From Gammaproteobacteria bacterium (lineage in GTDB: Bacteria; Pseudomonadota; Gammaproteobacteria; JAJFKG01): DNA of 64,000 bases. Where the stretch lies: NCBI GenBank assembly GCA_965116795.1, contig OZ220716.1, positions 1,066,503 to 1,130,502 on the forward strand, read 5' to 3'. The first letter of the stretch is position 1, and each line of letters opens with the position of its first letter. Below the pieces are notes generated by a model that saw nothing but the letters and a program-made list of their open reading frames with translations, did not search any database and had not been told where the DNA came from. The position numbers were made by a program, and so were the translations under genes. This document shows, in pieces, positions 45,867-56,168 of the stretch.

Positions 45867-46759
45867 GATGTTTCTCCTTCAGGTTGTTGAGATGGGTTTG
45901 TATGATTAGGGATAACGTGTGTTAACCGTTCATTAGGCGGTTTAGCTTTGCCAGCAATTTTCTGCATGAGCTTGCCAAGATGCGGTTCTTCAATAACGTC
46001 TAATCTGCCAGAGCGATCTTTAGCGGGATAGCCACTTTCATTTAATGTTTGACAGACAAACGCACGATAGGATTGATTATCATTATTGACGATTTCGGCC
46101 ATGGTGATCACTTCATCCACAATGCCCGGCAACTCTAAACTGGTTTTGCTGCCCTCGATTTGCGGTTGATAAAAACGGTGATTAAAGTCATCTGTTTTTT
46201 CATCGAGAATACCGACAAACCAAATGTTCTTATTACGTGTGTGCTGTAAGTGTGTCAGCCAAGCCAGCATCTCTTGACCGTGTAATCCATAGGCGGCACG
46301 CATATCCGTTTTTCCGCTTCGTTCACTGAAGGCTTGGGGTTGGCCTTTGCACCAGTTAAAACACAAACGACCTGCCACGGTAATAGAGTCGATGAAGATG
46401 GTGTCGTACTTATCAAGGATGCTGGGTTCCCCCAATTGCTGACACACCGCTTGATAATGTGCTTGGCTGTAACACTGCTCATCGCGCAGTGCCGGATCGC
46501 CACCCCCAATAAAACAGGCAATATCACGACAGGCTTGCCAGGTACGGGGGCGAATGGTATCGCCTTGCCAGCCTTCAATGGCTAAATCCCCGGCTTCTAA
46601 ATCAAAGAACAGTGTCTTCTCTGCAGGCAATGTCCAGAGTAATGATGTTTTGCCAATCCCACTTTTGCCAAAGATGCAGCCTTTAATGCCTTTGGTTTCA
46701 TTGACGCGTTGATTCATGGATAAAATGGCAAGGCCATCGGTTGTGTGTGTTGTGCTCAT
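45863..46759 (-). CDS. AAA_24 / Sak4-like ATPase
   Basis: GKSGIGKT, DLEAG, FIDSIT, AKDRSGRL. Confidence 0.88.
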   Translation of the reverse strand: MSTTHTTDGLAILSMNQRVNETKGIKGCIFGKSGIGKTSLLWTLPAEKTLFFDLEAGDLAIEGWQGDTIRPRTWQACRDIACFIGGGDPALRDEQCYSQAHYQAVCQQLGEPSILDKYDTIFIDSITVAGRLCFNWCKGQPQAFSERSGKTDMRAAYGLHGQEMLAWLTHLQHTRNKNIWFVGILDEKTDDFNHRFYQPQIEGSKTSLELPGIVDEVITMAEIVNNDNQSYRAFVCQTLNESGYPAKDRSGRLDVIEEPHLGKLMQKIAGKAKPPNERLTHVIPNHTNPSQQPEGETS

Positions 46760-46920
46760 CGGGCTTTCTCCTGTTTCTCAATTTCTCTTTTCAATACCAA
46801 CAGACTGTCGATGCAGGTAAATAACGTGCGTGCCTGCTGCTTGCGTTGGATAAGTTCCTCATCGGGTAAGGTGATAAGGTCGTTTAACGGTTTGTAAAAC
46901 AGATAATCTAGGTACAACAT
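46756..46920 (-). CDS. Small hypothetical protein, 54 aa (not in ORF track)
   Basis: AGGAG RBS; MLYLDYLFYKPL...; ATGA overlap with AAA_24 gene. Confidence 0.6.
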   Translation of the reverse strand: MLYLDYLFYKPLNDLITLPDEELIQRKQQARTLFTCIDSLLVLKREIEKQEKAR

Positions 46921-47060
46921 GGTTTTTTCTCCTGTTTCAGTTAATGGTTAAGTAAGTGGTACCCGCGCTTGCCATAGAGATGACAAAAACACGATCCCCT
47001 CACTACTGTTAACTACGCCATTGCTCCCAATTTTTGAGTATCGTCGTTGCAATAGTTCAA

Positions 47061-47621
47061 TCATTTCCCATGGTGCCAATAGATGTGCAGTCCATGTTCT
47101 ATTAATGCACTACGCAAGCGTTTAAGTTGTTGCCTGACGGTGAAGTAAGGGGTGTTGGTCAGTCGTGCGATGTCGATGAGGGTTGAAGAGCACAGCCTGA
47201 GCAGCAAAGTCGCCAGGTCATCGGGTAATCTGTCTTTGATACGGCTTAGATCACAGGCTAAATCACATGCCGAGTTCTCTTGGATAAGGTGTGCTGGCCA
47301 GGGTGAATAAGCGTCTTGTTCATCAACAGCTAACAGGGTTTCAAGTGAGTGGTGTGGAATACCTGCCCCATGTTTTTGTCTGCCGGCATCACGAATAAGC
47401 TGTTTGTGGACACAGTTGAGTACCAGATCCACAAACGTTGACCACTTGGCTTGATCGGGATCGTAAGTGTGCTGGCGCAGGAAGAAATGCAACAGCAAGG
47501 TTTGTTTTAGATCGACCAGGGGAGTGTGTTGTAACAGTGGATGGTGTTTCAAGGTCTTGGCATGGTAGTCGACTTGGCTGATCAAATACGGCTCTAATCC
47601 GTTGTAGTGGTGGTAAGGCAT
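47061..47621 (-). CDS. Sigma-70/ECF-like phage regulator
   Basis: AGGAG RBS before MPYHHY; D..Q.L......YDP....TF region-2-like and LP......L.DIA region-4-like HTH. Confidence 0.6.
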   Translation of the reverse strand: MPYHHYNGLEPYLISQVDYHAKTLKHHPLLQHTPLVDLKQTLLLHFFLRQHTYDPDQAKWSTFVDLVLNCVHKQLIRDAGRQKHGAGIPHHSLETLLAVDEQDAYSPWPAHLIQENSACDLACDLSRIKDRLPDDLATLLLRLCSSTLIDIARLTNTPYFTVRQQLKRLRSALIEHGLHIYWHHGK

Positions 47622-47672
47622 GACGGTTCTCCTAATGCTGGCCGCCACACACGGGCGGTACACTAGGACGTG

Positions 47673-47793
47673 GTCAGATCTGACGGAGCTGGGGGTATAA
47701 ATGACCGGTGGTTTAGTTAACCCCTTCATTGTGAAGTGGCTTTTAAATGAGTTTTTTTGAAAAAATGCCAATCGAACGCCGTCAGATCTGACG
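47673..47793. promoter_or_regulatory. Two perfect palindromes GTCAGATCTGAC (operator-like)
   Basis: 47673-47684 and 47781-47792, 108 bp apart, upstream of the sigma-like gene. Confidence 0.6.
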
Positions 47794-47843
47794 CAAACAG
47801 TTTATAAATGAACCTTTAGGTAATAAATTTACCCGAGGATAAG

Positions 47844-47987
47844 GTGGAGCCATTGAGTGCTGATCGAGTGGATCCATTAGCTGATGATCCGGTGGATCCA
47901 TTGAGTGCTGATCGGGTGGATCCATTAGCTGATGATCCGGTGGATCTTTTAGGTGCTGATCGGATGGATCCACTCACTAATGATCCG
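47844..47987. repeat. Six 24-bp tandem repeats (alternating A/B), 11 GATC
   Basis: GTGGATCCATTGAGTGCTGATCGG / GTGGATCCATTAGCTGATGATCCG. Confidence 0.9.
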
Positions 47988-48024
47988 GTGCATGTAGTTG
48001 GAATGCTAACGGGCAATGACGATA

Positions 48025-48435
48025 TTAGCCTGTAAACCCAAAGTGGGTGAGTTGCTCCTCCCATAATGATGGGAAAGGCAGCAGTAGGGTTTGTAAGCTC
48101 AACTCAGGGGGTTGTGTGCCGTCTAATATCGCCCTTTTGATTTGCGGTGATAATAGATTTAACCGCAGTATGCGCGAGACGTAGGAGGGATTGACCTGTT
48201 TACCTTTGGCCAATGTATCAATCGAAGTAAATTGCCCGGTGTCTAAGGCATGTTGCCAGAGGTAGGCTTTGGTGAGGGCTTTAATCAGGGGGATATTGGG
48301 TTTGGCGGCGGTCGCGGTGGGTTGCTGTTCGCCTTCTGGCAATACCAGTAGGGTTTGTCCACGGTAGCGTTTAAGGGTGATAGGAATTCTAATAGAAATA
48401 AAGTCATCAAAAGCGGTTACGGTTGTGGTTGACAT
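48025..48435 (-). CDS. Recombinase-associated HTH protein
   Basis: KAL.KA..W...L..G...SI..LA......SYVSRILRL..L.P.I...IL.G.QP. Confidence 0.75.
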   Translation of the reverse strand: MSTTTVTAFDDFISIRIPITLKRYRGQTLLVLPEGEQQPTATAAKPNIPLIKALTKAYLWQHALDTGQFTSIDTLAKGKQVNPSYVSRILRLNLLSPQIKRAILDGTQPPELSLQTLLLPFPSLWEEQLTHFGFTG

Positions 48436-49805
48436 GCTCCCTCCGTTGAGTGGGTGTTAACGTGTAGTAGATCCAGCAAACCGGTAATGCCATTGATTTT
48501 GACTTGGATGTCGACATAATCTGAATGCAGCACGACACGGTTAATTAACAGTGATAATAAGCGTTGTTGTTCAGTGGGAAATAACTCTTGCCAAATGGGG
48601 GCGATGTTTTGTAAGGCGTTGCGTACTTGGGATGGTGTTATCGACTTATCGAATGTCTTTGCAGCCTTGAGGGTATCTAAGAGAATATCCGGTGAGGTGA
48701 TGACACGCTGAACCTGGTGCAGTACATGGGTTTCAATTTCATTGGCGGCGATTTGTTTGATCGGGCAATCAGGGCAGCGTCCTTTCTTGTAACCGGTGGC
48801 GATGTAGTAACGGTAAAGTTTGCGGTGTTGTTTGCTGGTGTGGGTGGGTGTCATCGCACGTTGACAGCCGCCGCAGTGAATGATCCCAGTTAATACGGCA
48901 CGTGCACGTCGCTTGCCTTCTGTGTCGCCACGTTTTGCGCCTTCACGCAAGATGGCTTGTGTTTTGTCCCAGATTTCTTGTGAAATAATCGCTTCATGTC
49001 GGCCTTGGTATAGAGTGTCTTTATGTTTAATTTTGCCGATATAAATGGGGTTTTTGAGGAGCTTGTAAATACTACCCATATCCAGTGGCACTCCACCCAT
49101 CGTACGACCGTCTTTGGTAAGGCGTCGTTTACTGCAAACACCCATGGCAGCGAGTTGCTTTACCATCAGCGTGGGTGATTTGGTTTTGAGAAATAAATCA
49201 AAGACAGCGCGAATGGTACGAGCCTCACTGTCAACACTGTGTAAGTGTCGGTCTTTAACATCATAACCTAAAGGCAAGACGCCACCCATCCACATGCCCT
49301 TGCGTTTAGAGGCGGCGAACTTATCACGCACACGCTCGCCAATGACTTCACGTTCAAATTGGGCGAAGGATAATAAAATGTTTAACGTTAACCGTCCCAT
49401 CGAGGTGGTGGTATTAAAATGTTGGGTGATTGACACAAAGGACACTTGCTGTGCGTCAAACACATCGGCTAACTTGGCAAAGTCAGCCAGTGAACGCGAT
49501 AAGCGGTCAATCTTATACACAACCACGGTATCGATATGCCCTTGTTGAATGGCATCGAGTAACCGCGTTAAGGCGGGTCTACTTAAGTTACCGCCACTAA
49601 AGCCACCATCATCATAGTGCTCTGGCAGTAACACCCAACCTTCTTGTTTTTGCGAGGCAATGTACGCCTCACAAGATTCGCGTTGGGCATCCAAGCTGTT
49701 GAACTCCATCTCCAATCCTTCTTCAGTGGATTTACGGGTGTAGATAGCGCAACGTTTTTTAATGACGGTAGTCAGTGATGTTTGTTTCGCTATTTTTGTT
49801 TTCAT
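48417..49805 (-). CDS. Large serine recombinase (integrase)
   Basis: AIYTRKS, DRLSRS, GRLTLNILLSFAQFERE, Zn-ribbon C..C. Confidence 0.93.
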   Translation of the reverse strand: MKTKIAKQTSLTTVIKKRCAIYTRKSTEEGLEMEFNSLDAQRESCEAYIASQKQEGWVLLPEHYDDGGFSGGNLSRPALTRLLDAIQQGHIDTVVVYKIDRLSRSLADFAKLADVFDAQQVSFVSITQHFNTTTSMGRLTLNILLSFAQFEREVIGERVRDKFAASKRKGMWMGGVLPLGYDVKDRHLHSVDSEARTIRAVFDLFLKTKSPTLMVKQLAAMGVCSKRRLTKDGRTMGGVPLDMGSIYKLLKNPIYIGKIKHKDTLYQGRHEAIISQEIWDKTQAILREGAKRGDTEGKRRARAVLTGIIHCGGCQRAMTPTHTSKQHRKLYRYYIATGYKKGRCPDCPIKQIAANEIETHVLHQVQRVITSPDILLDTLKAAKTFDKSITPSQVRNALQNIAPIWQELFPTEQQRLLSLLINRVVLHSDYVDIQVKINGITGLLDLLHVNTHSTEGACQPQP

Positions 49806-50269
49806 CCACGCATTCCTTTTGTGTGATGTAATCCAAAAAAGGCGATGCCTGACCAATGGTTACCGGTAATGCGTTTGGCAATCTTGGATAAGCTTTTGTA
49901 AACACAGCCGTCATATTCATAGCCTTTATCTAAGACGGTGACGCAATATTCATGATCTTTGTATTGGCGCACCAATCGTGAGCCTGGCATCGGGCGAATG
50001 TAACGCGGTCGTTTGGGGGGTGCGCCGTTGCGCGTAAAAAACTGTTTAGCATATTCTTCCAAGCGCTGATTGAGTGTGTCATCTTCACCATAGGCTAAGG
50101 CTTGCAGGCGATAACTGAGTTTTTTAATCAGTGCAGGTTTTTGAGCCGCGCGTGGCGGCTTGGTGTCACACAGCGTTTGCCAGAGGGCTTTTAACTCGTT
50201 TAATGACAACATTTGTAAGCCAGCTATTTGACGGAGTAGTTTGGGGTTAGCTTTGCTTTGGGTAGGCAT
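49802..50269 (-). CDS. DUF2924-like protein
   Basis: Paralog of 117..587; ATGA overlap with recombinase. Confidence 0.8.
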   Translation of the reverse strand: MPTQSKANPKLLRQIAGLQMLSLNELKALWQTLCDTKPPRAAQKPALIKKLSYRLQALAYGEDDTLNQRLEEYAKQFFTRNGAPPKRPRYIRPMPGSRLVRQYKDHEYCVTVLDKGYEYDGCVYKSLSKIAKRITGNHWSGIAFFGLHHTKGMRG

Positions 50270-50287
50270 GTTATTTCCTCCTATAAG

Positions 50288-50467
50288 TCATGCGATTGTG
50301 TCAGTCGTATCAGTCCATAGTGTGGTGTCGAAGTCCAGCGGGTGAGTCGGATCAGGCGACTTAGTGCGCTGTTCACGGCGTTTTTTCGCACGTACAATGC
50401 CCAATGCCAATAACGTGGCTACCTCACGGCGACGAGATGGGATCGTGTTAATCATTTCAGTTGACAT
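50288..50467 (-). CDS. Small conserved phage protein, 59 aa (not in ORF track)
   Basis: MSTEMINTIPSRRREVATLLALGIVRAKKR...LDF; paralog of 620..793. Confidence 0.65.
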   Translation of the reverse strand: MSTEMINTIPSRRREVATLLALGIVRAKKRREQRTKSPDPTHPLDFDTTLWTDTTDTIA

Positions 50468-50766
50468 GGGGAGCTCCTATTTCAATAACATGGGTGATGA
50501 GAGCGCGTGATAAAACGCTCCCCTCATGACTATTAACTATGCCGTTTGAACGAAAAAATGAGTGTGTGCGCATTTACTGACATGATGATTGGCATTTACG
50601 CCTTTGTGATTTTTCAAAGTGTGCTCTACAGTGGCTCGTCTACAACAAACAAATTTCGACATGGCTACACGCTAGCAACACACAACAACTTATCATTCAA
50701 AACAATCGGGGTTACACAGGATGGCAATTTGGCATTAACCCGTGTCGTTGGCTGTTATGACACTCA

Positions 50767-51345
50767 ATGACATTTCTCATGTGTTTGTTCAGGAGAACGC
50801 CATTGAAAATTCACCTTGCTGCCTCTGAGTTATCATCGAGCTCAATCTCATCTAATCAAACTAACACCCCCACTTGCACCCATTTATCATTGGATGCATT
50901 ACGTAACGTTACCCATCCGGCTCATGGGTTTGCAATAACAGAAGGTATCGATGATGTGATCCTGATTAAGTTGCAATACAATTGTGGGGGTCAGCTTGAC
51001 ACGCATCAATCCAGTAACGTATGGGGCACATTGATTAAGAAAAATCAGCAACGGTGCATGCGGTATGCAGACATTATGCAAGGAACATTTGTGATGCAGC
51101 GTACCGCTAACTCAACCCCGATAACAGTTGATATTCATCCCGGGAAAGGGGTGATAACCATAGACGATAACCAAGATAACAATCTGTGTACTCTACCCGC
51201 GGTAATAGCCGAGATAAAGAAAATTGTTTGTAAGTGGATGAAGCAAGCGGGATTTGTGATCACACTTCCAGTGGCTTCATCAAGTGACAAGGGTATCGAA
51301 AAAAAAATCAGATCCCCATTTTCTCTATTGGGAAGCCCTAGCTAG
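50767..51345 (+). CDS. Hypothetical phage protein
   Basis: Paralog of 1107..1595; start uncertain. Confidence 0.65.
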   Translation: MTFLMCLFRRTPLKIHLAASELSSSSISSNQTNTPTCTHLSLDALRNVTHPAHGFAITEGIDDVILIKLQYNCGGQLDTHQSSNVWGTLIKKNQQRCMRYADIMQGTFVMQRTANSTPITVDIHPGKGVITIDDNQDNNLCTLPAVIAEIKKIVCKWMKQAGFVITLPVASSSDKGIEKKIRSPFSLLGSPS

Positions 51346-52306
51346 GTTGCCTCGTTATCAGCACAGTTATGTGTTTTTAATGCAACATTTCAATCAGAAC
51401 ATTGCTATCATTCAGTATTGGTTTGAGTCAACACGCTGGTTTGATCATATAACGTATGATAATCATCATGCTCAAGAAAAAGAATCGACGCGCTTGTATA
51501 ATGTGAGCTTATTAAAGTTAGCCAACTTCATCATAAAGGGGCTCAGTGAGCTCTCACTGTTTCGCCGTGCGATTCAGGTTGTGAATGCCGCGCCTCATTG
51601 TGTGCGCTTAGGCTTTTATAGCGTCAATCGTCGTGCAGCCCACTGTGTATTGTTAGGGATGGCTATCGATGAAGGTGAATTAGAGAAAATGATTAATTAT
51701 GTGCTTATCCAAGAGACACCAAGCGTGTTGTTACTGCCCTCTATCGATGATGTCTCCGCAGACAACTTGCAAGCGTTACGGATTAAAGGCAGTCAGGTTG
51801 TTGCACTGCAACAATGGCAAACCCAAGCGGTGTTGATTGACAAACAGCAGGTAGTTGATACGTTTAATGACATTCACAGAATAACAACACCGGTTAAATT
51901 ACGTCGCAATCCATCTGGCCAACCGTATCGTTTCCCAACACCCCCCGGTGCTAACTGGGAGGATTTCACTTTCCAATTCATTAATGGAGAAACAATACAG
52001 GTGACGTGTGATTGTGAAGGAGGTTATGCCAGTGAGAGCGTTAGCCTTGACAAACTTGAGCTGCTGGACAAGCGCAGTGATAAGCCTAATAAATTAGGGT
52101 TATTACTAAAAGCGTTTGCGCAAGGTCACGGCATGTTTAGTTGGCCGTATCAAGGTGTGACCAGTCAACAAAGGACGCTGAAATACGCCTTAGCTAAATC
52201 TTTACAAGCAAGCTTTGGGATATATGACAGTGATCCATTCGTTTGTGAGCAAGAAGATAGTGGCCGTGTCACCTATCAAGCGTTATTTAACGTACTACCA
52301 GAGTAA
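51284..52306 (+). CDS. Hypothetical phage protein with FPTP.GA.WED domain
   Basis: Paralog of 1570..2514. Confidence 0.75.
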   Translation: MTRVSKKKSDPHFLYWEALARLPRYQHSYVFLMQHFNQNIAIIQYWFESTRWFDHITYDNHHAQEKESTRLYNVSLLKLANFIIKGLSELSLFRRAIQVVNAAPHCVRLGFYSVNRRAAHCVLLGMAIDEGELEKMINYVLIQETPSVLLLPSIDDVSADNLQALRIKGSQVVALQQWQTQAVLIDKQQVVDTFNDIHRITTPVKLRRNPSGQPYRFPTPPGANWEDFTFQFINGETIQVTCDCEGGYASESVSLDKLELLDKRSDKPNKLGLLLKAFAQGHGMFSWPYQGVTSQQRTLKYALAKSLQASFGIYDSDPFVCEQEDSGRVTYQALFNVLPE

Positions 52307-52337
52307 ATGATGGTGTCCTGTGTATGGCATTTATTCT

Positions 52338-52601
52338 TTAAACAATTCTCGTTTTTTCATAAGTGGGTATATCCCGTGGTGTTAAGTTATCACATAAATG
52401 AGATGTTTCTGTGAGCATATCGGCTAAGCTACACAACACATCAAATAACTCTTGTTCTTTGATCTCTTTAGATCTAATAGTAATGTTAGCAATGTTCTTC
52501 ATCTGATGCAGTTTGGCACACAGTGCTTCATACGGGTTGCGATAATTATCATCATTGCTCTTTTCGGGACTATGAGGTTGCGGTAAAATGGGCTCACTCA
52601 T
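52338..52601 (-). CDS. Small hypothetical phage protein
   Basis: GGAGG RBS; paralog of 2587..2859. Confidence 0.7.
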   Translation of the reverse strand: MSEPILPQPHSPEKSNDDNYRNPYEALCAKLHQMKNIANITIRSKEIKEQELFDVLCSLADMLTETSHLCDNLTPRDIPTYEKTRIV

Positions 52602-52630
52602 GACGTTTCACCTCCGTGTTAGGTTTTAAG

Positions 52631-52678
52631 GTTGTGATAGCCGCAGGAAGGTGGTACCAACACGTTTCTGCGGTGCCA
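52631..52678 (-). promoter_or_regulatory. Conserved 33-nt hairpin in leader of 52338..52601
   Basis: GTTGTGATAG-CCGCAG..CTGCGG-TGCCA, covarying with 2890..2937. Confidence 0.55.
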
Positions 52679-54436
52679 ATGATGATTGCTCGGTGTGATG
52701 GTAATAGCAACTTAAGTGATGAGCGTCAGAACGGTTATTACGCTGCTTAGCGACATTATATGCCGACTAGCCTAATTACCTTGCAAAATAAGGCATAACC
52801 TTGCCCTAATGAAGTGACACAACTATCCCGAATGCCTGCATGATTATTGACAATAATGGGTAACTTAGTCGTCTGTTAAAGCCGCTAATCCGGTTTGGAA
52901 TGCTGTAAAAAATAATTGACATGACAAAAACGCTATAGACGCTCTATACCCAACGAACTCAATGCAAGTGTCACCTTGCCCTACGCTACTTCACTAAACG
53001 TAATAAATGGCTTCTATGAAATACTTAACGATGTAAACGATATACAGCATACATAGGGCTCTAAAAAACGTACACAAACCCCTTAAAAAAACTTCACAAA
53101 ATATCTCTTGGCTCTAGAACAACTTTTCTCTAAAAGTCACTAGCAACACAAGTCATTAGCTTTACATTTTTCTCTGTGCCTAGTTTGGAATATCTCGGGT
53201 TCTAAACTGTTTGGTGAAATTGCACTTAACGCTTTGTTATTGGAGGGGTTATGCTGAGTATGAGTTTGTGGGTGTAACCTATATATTATAAATAATATAT
53301 ATAACGCTATAAACACTCTGTGTTTTATAGCTGTTGTAATGGAGTAATGGTTTGTAAACGAAAAGCAATAGGGGTTTAGGTTAAAATTACAATACCCCTA
53401 AAACGCTTATAGACGATTACTAGTACACTTACAGCCTAGAATTACGTAATAAAAGCAAATTAGACTTCAATCGTGAATGAAAGATGAATTATCACTGTTA
53501 ACGTGTTGCCATGTTATTTATGCAGGTGGAAAAATAGGGGGATTAAATAAATAATTTTACGCCGCGCTGCACCTGCAAACATAAAACCGTAACGATAGAA
53601 ATTCAATGCGCGATCGATTTTAAATGTCGCGCACAACAGCCGTACAAGATCGCTACACGCTTTTCTACGCATAAGACATGGGGTAGTGGCTCTTCAAGTT
53701 AAATCGTTGCTTGAATCGCTTTATTTTCAATTATGGTGAAGTGGTATTGTTAAGTGTGTAGTCTGGACTCACTTCATCTAAGCAAAACGTAAACGTAAAT
53801 GCTGTTAACACAAACGCGAATTGCAAAACGTTTACGCCTTTGTCAATGCAAGACGTTAACAAGCTGTTGTGTATTTCGCTAAGACGAGTTGCAAGTTAAT
53901 GCATGATGAATAACAGGCAAGTAGATCACCTATTTCAATTGCATTTATTCTAGGTTTTTACCGTTATTTTTATGCTTATGCCAGGGCATAGGGGAGTCTA
54001 ACTTTTGCTATTTTTGGCAAATGACAAGTTTAAGTACACCGTGTTATTTACGAAATGATGAGGTTATCGTGCAATGTTTTAATTGCAACAAAAAAGCGAT
54101 TTTGTGTTAGACTTTTTGTTAACGTCGGAAGTGGTTTACATAACGCAAGTGCAAGTAACACGACTGATTGTTAACGTTACGATATACAAGTTAGCTCAGC
54201 TAATACGTTACAATGAACGTTAACAAAAGTTTGTCATTAACATGAATGAACACACACATGTTAATAGCAACTTGAATATGTTGTCGTGCAACAACTTTTT
54301 TGTAGAGACGATAACAAAACGTGATAGATATAGATTACATAGATGTGTTAACAACGGGGGCGTGAAAACACGATACAAACAGCAGATAGCTGAATACAAA
54401 TCGGCACTAGAACATCTTAGACAATCAAACACCTAC

Positions 54437-54491
54437 GGGTCCTTCCTCGGGCTGAAACGCATACGGGCTCCTGCAGCGCAATATTTCGCTA
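54437..54491 (+). other. Lambda-like cos site of prophage B
   Basis: GGGTCCT 54437-54443, GGGCTCCTGCAG 54465-54476, CGC-N7-CGCTA. Confidence 0.75.
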
Positions 54492-54509
54492 GCGTTAGAA
54501 CAAAAAAAG

Positions 54510-54856
54510 TGGTTTGTGGTTTGCACCCTTATCATACAAAAACCCAATAAAATCAAATGCTTAACTCACAAAATTCACCATAAATGCTCTAAACTGGGTT
54601 TGCACCAAATTATAGCTAACTCATTGAATTTTTAGACATTATATTGAAAAAATGGACTGCAAACCTAAACAGCAACCAAGTTTGCAGCTATTCTAGGTTA
54701 ACTCATTGAATTTTAAGTATTATTTCTGAAAAAACCCTTGCAAACCCGTCAATCAACAGGGTTTGCAGTTAATTTATCTAACTCATTGAATTTACAGCTT
54801 TTTACCTAACTTTCAGTGCAACCTCCCACCTGACAGGGTTTGCACGTTAGGTTGCA
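54510..54856 (+). repeat. cosB-like GGTTTGCA array with IHF-like sites
   Basis: AATCAAATGCTTA 54551-54563; TAACTCATTGAATT at 54617, 54699, 54779. Confidence 0.65.
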
Positions 54857-54887
54857 CTTGGCTCAACCCACTTGAAAAGGATTTACC

Positions 54888-56153
54888 ATGGACTTGACGG
54901 TTCAACAGACACCACTGGAACAATTGATCCCGTATGCCCGTAATGCACGCACTCACAGCGAGAACCAAGTGGCACAAATCGCGGCTTCCATTGCCGAGTT
55001 TGGTTTTGTGAATCCGGTATTGATTGGCAGTGACAATGTCATCATTGCAGGTCATGGTCGTGTGCTCGCTGCACAACAACTGAAACTTGAAACTGTCCCA
55101 ACGATTGCTCTTGTGCACTTAAATGAAAATCAACGCCGTGCCTTGGTGATTGCCGATAACAAGCTGGCTGAGAATGCCGCTTGGGATGAGGAACTGCTGC
55201 GTTTGGAATTGCAAAGTTTAATCGATGATGATTTCAACGTTGACCTGCTTGGCTTTGATGACGTTGATTTAGATGCGCTGTTGTCTGATATTAACAGCGA
55301 TGATGCCACTATTGTTGAAGAGACAATCCCTGAACCCCAAGCGGATCCTGTGAGTAAGGTCGGCGATGTTTGGATATTAGGTGATCATCGGTTACTGTGT
55401 GGTGATGCCACTAATCCTGGCGTACTCCAGACGCTGATGAATGATGAATTGGCCGACATGGTCTTTACCGATCCACCGTATAACGTCAATTACGATGATA
55501 AAGACAAATATCCTACTGGGCGTACTGGCAAGGCCAAGCGCACAATCTTAAACGATAATCTTGGCAATGACTTTGAAACATTCCTCATGGCTGCTTGCAA
55601 CAACATGCTTACCTACACCAAAGGGGCATGTTACATCTGCATGAGTTCCAGTGAACTCGATACCTTACGACGTGCTTTCTGCAATGCGGGTGGCAAGTGG
55701 TCAACCTTTATCATTTGGGCGAAGAATACCTTTACGTTAGGCCGCTCTGATTATCAACGTCAATATGAACCGATGTTGTATGGTTGGAAAAGTGGAAACG
55801 ATCACTACTGGTGTGGTGCACGCGATCAGGGAGATGTGTGGTTTTTCAATAAACCGCGCAAGAACGATCTACATCCGACAATGAAGCCAGTGGAGTTAGT
55901 GATCCGTGCGATTAAGAACTCCAGCAAAACCCATGATATTATTCTTGATCCTTTCGCTGGCTCTGGTTCAACCTTAATCGCCGCTGAACAAACCGGACGA
56001 CGGGCACGATTAATAGAGTTAGATCCACGCTATGTCGATGTGATCATTCAACGCTGGCAAACTCTAACAGGTAAACAAGCTTACCAGCAAGATACCCAAC
56101 AACCGTATGATGCATTGCAGGCGCAGCAAACCACCGTTGCCAATTTAACCTAA
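54888..56153 (+). CDS. ParB-N / N6-N4 DNA methyltransferase
   Basis: AGHGR, DPPYN, HPTMKP, DPFAGSGST. Confidence 0.92.
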   Translation: MDLTVQQTPLEQLIPYARNARTHSENQVAQIAASIAEFGFVNPVLIGSDNVIIAGHGRVLAAQQLKLETVPTIALVHLNENQRRALVIADNKLAENAAWDEELLRLELQSLIDDDFNVDLLGFDDVDLDALLSDINSDDATIVEETIPEPQADPVSKVGDVWILGDHRLLCGDATNPGVLQTLMNDELADMVFTDPPYNVNYDDKDKYPTGRTGKAKRTILNDNLGNDFETFLMAACNNMLTYTKGACYICMSSSELDTLRRAFCNAGGKWSTFIIWAKNTFTLGRSDYQRQYEPMLYGWKSGNDHYWCGARDQGDVWFFNKPRKNDLHPTMKPVELVIRAIKNSSKTHDIILDPFAGSGSTLIAAEQTGRRARLIELDPRYVDVIIQRWQTLTGKQAYQQDTQQPYDALQAQQTTVANLT

Positions 56154-56168
56154 GGGAGGATAACCCAC

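Noticed and set aside
46756-46920. D.LFYKPL shared with the ORF at 30213
   Set aside because: Match limited to about 7 residues with no further similarity; may be chance
47844-47987. CRISPR array or 63-82 aa repeat ORFs
   Set aside because: Repeats are directly adjacent with no unique spacers and no cas genes; frames are open only because the 24-bp unit lacks stops
54242-54550. 102-aa ORF across cos B (and ORFs 4319..4617 in A)
   Set aside because: Not conserved as protein between the two prophages; conservation is at DNA-motif level
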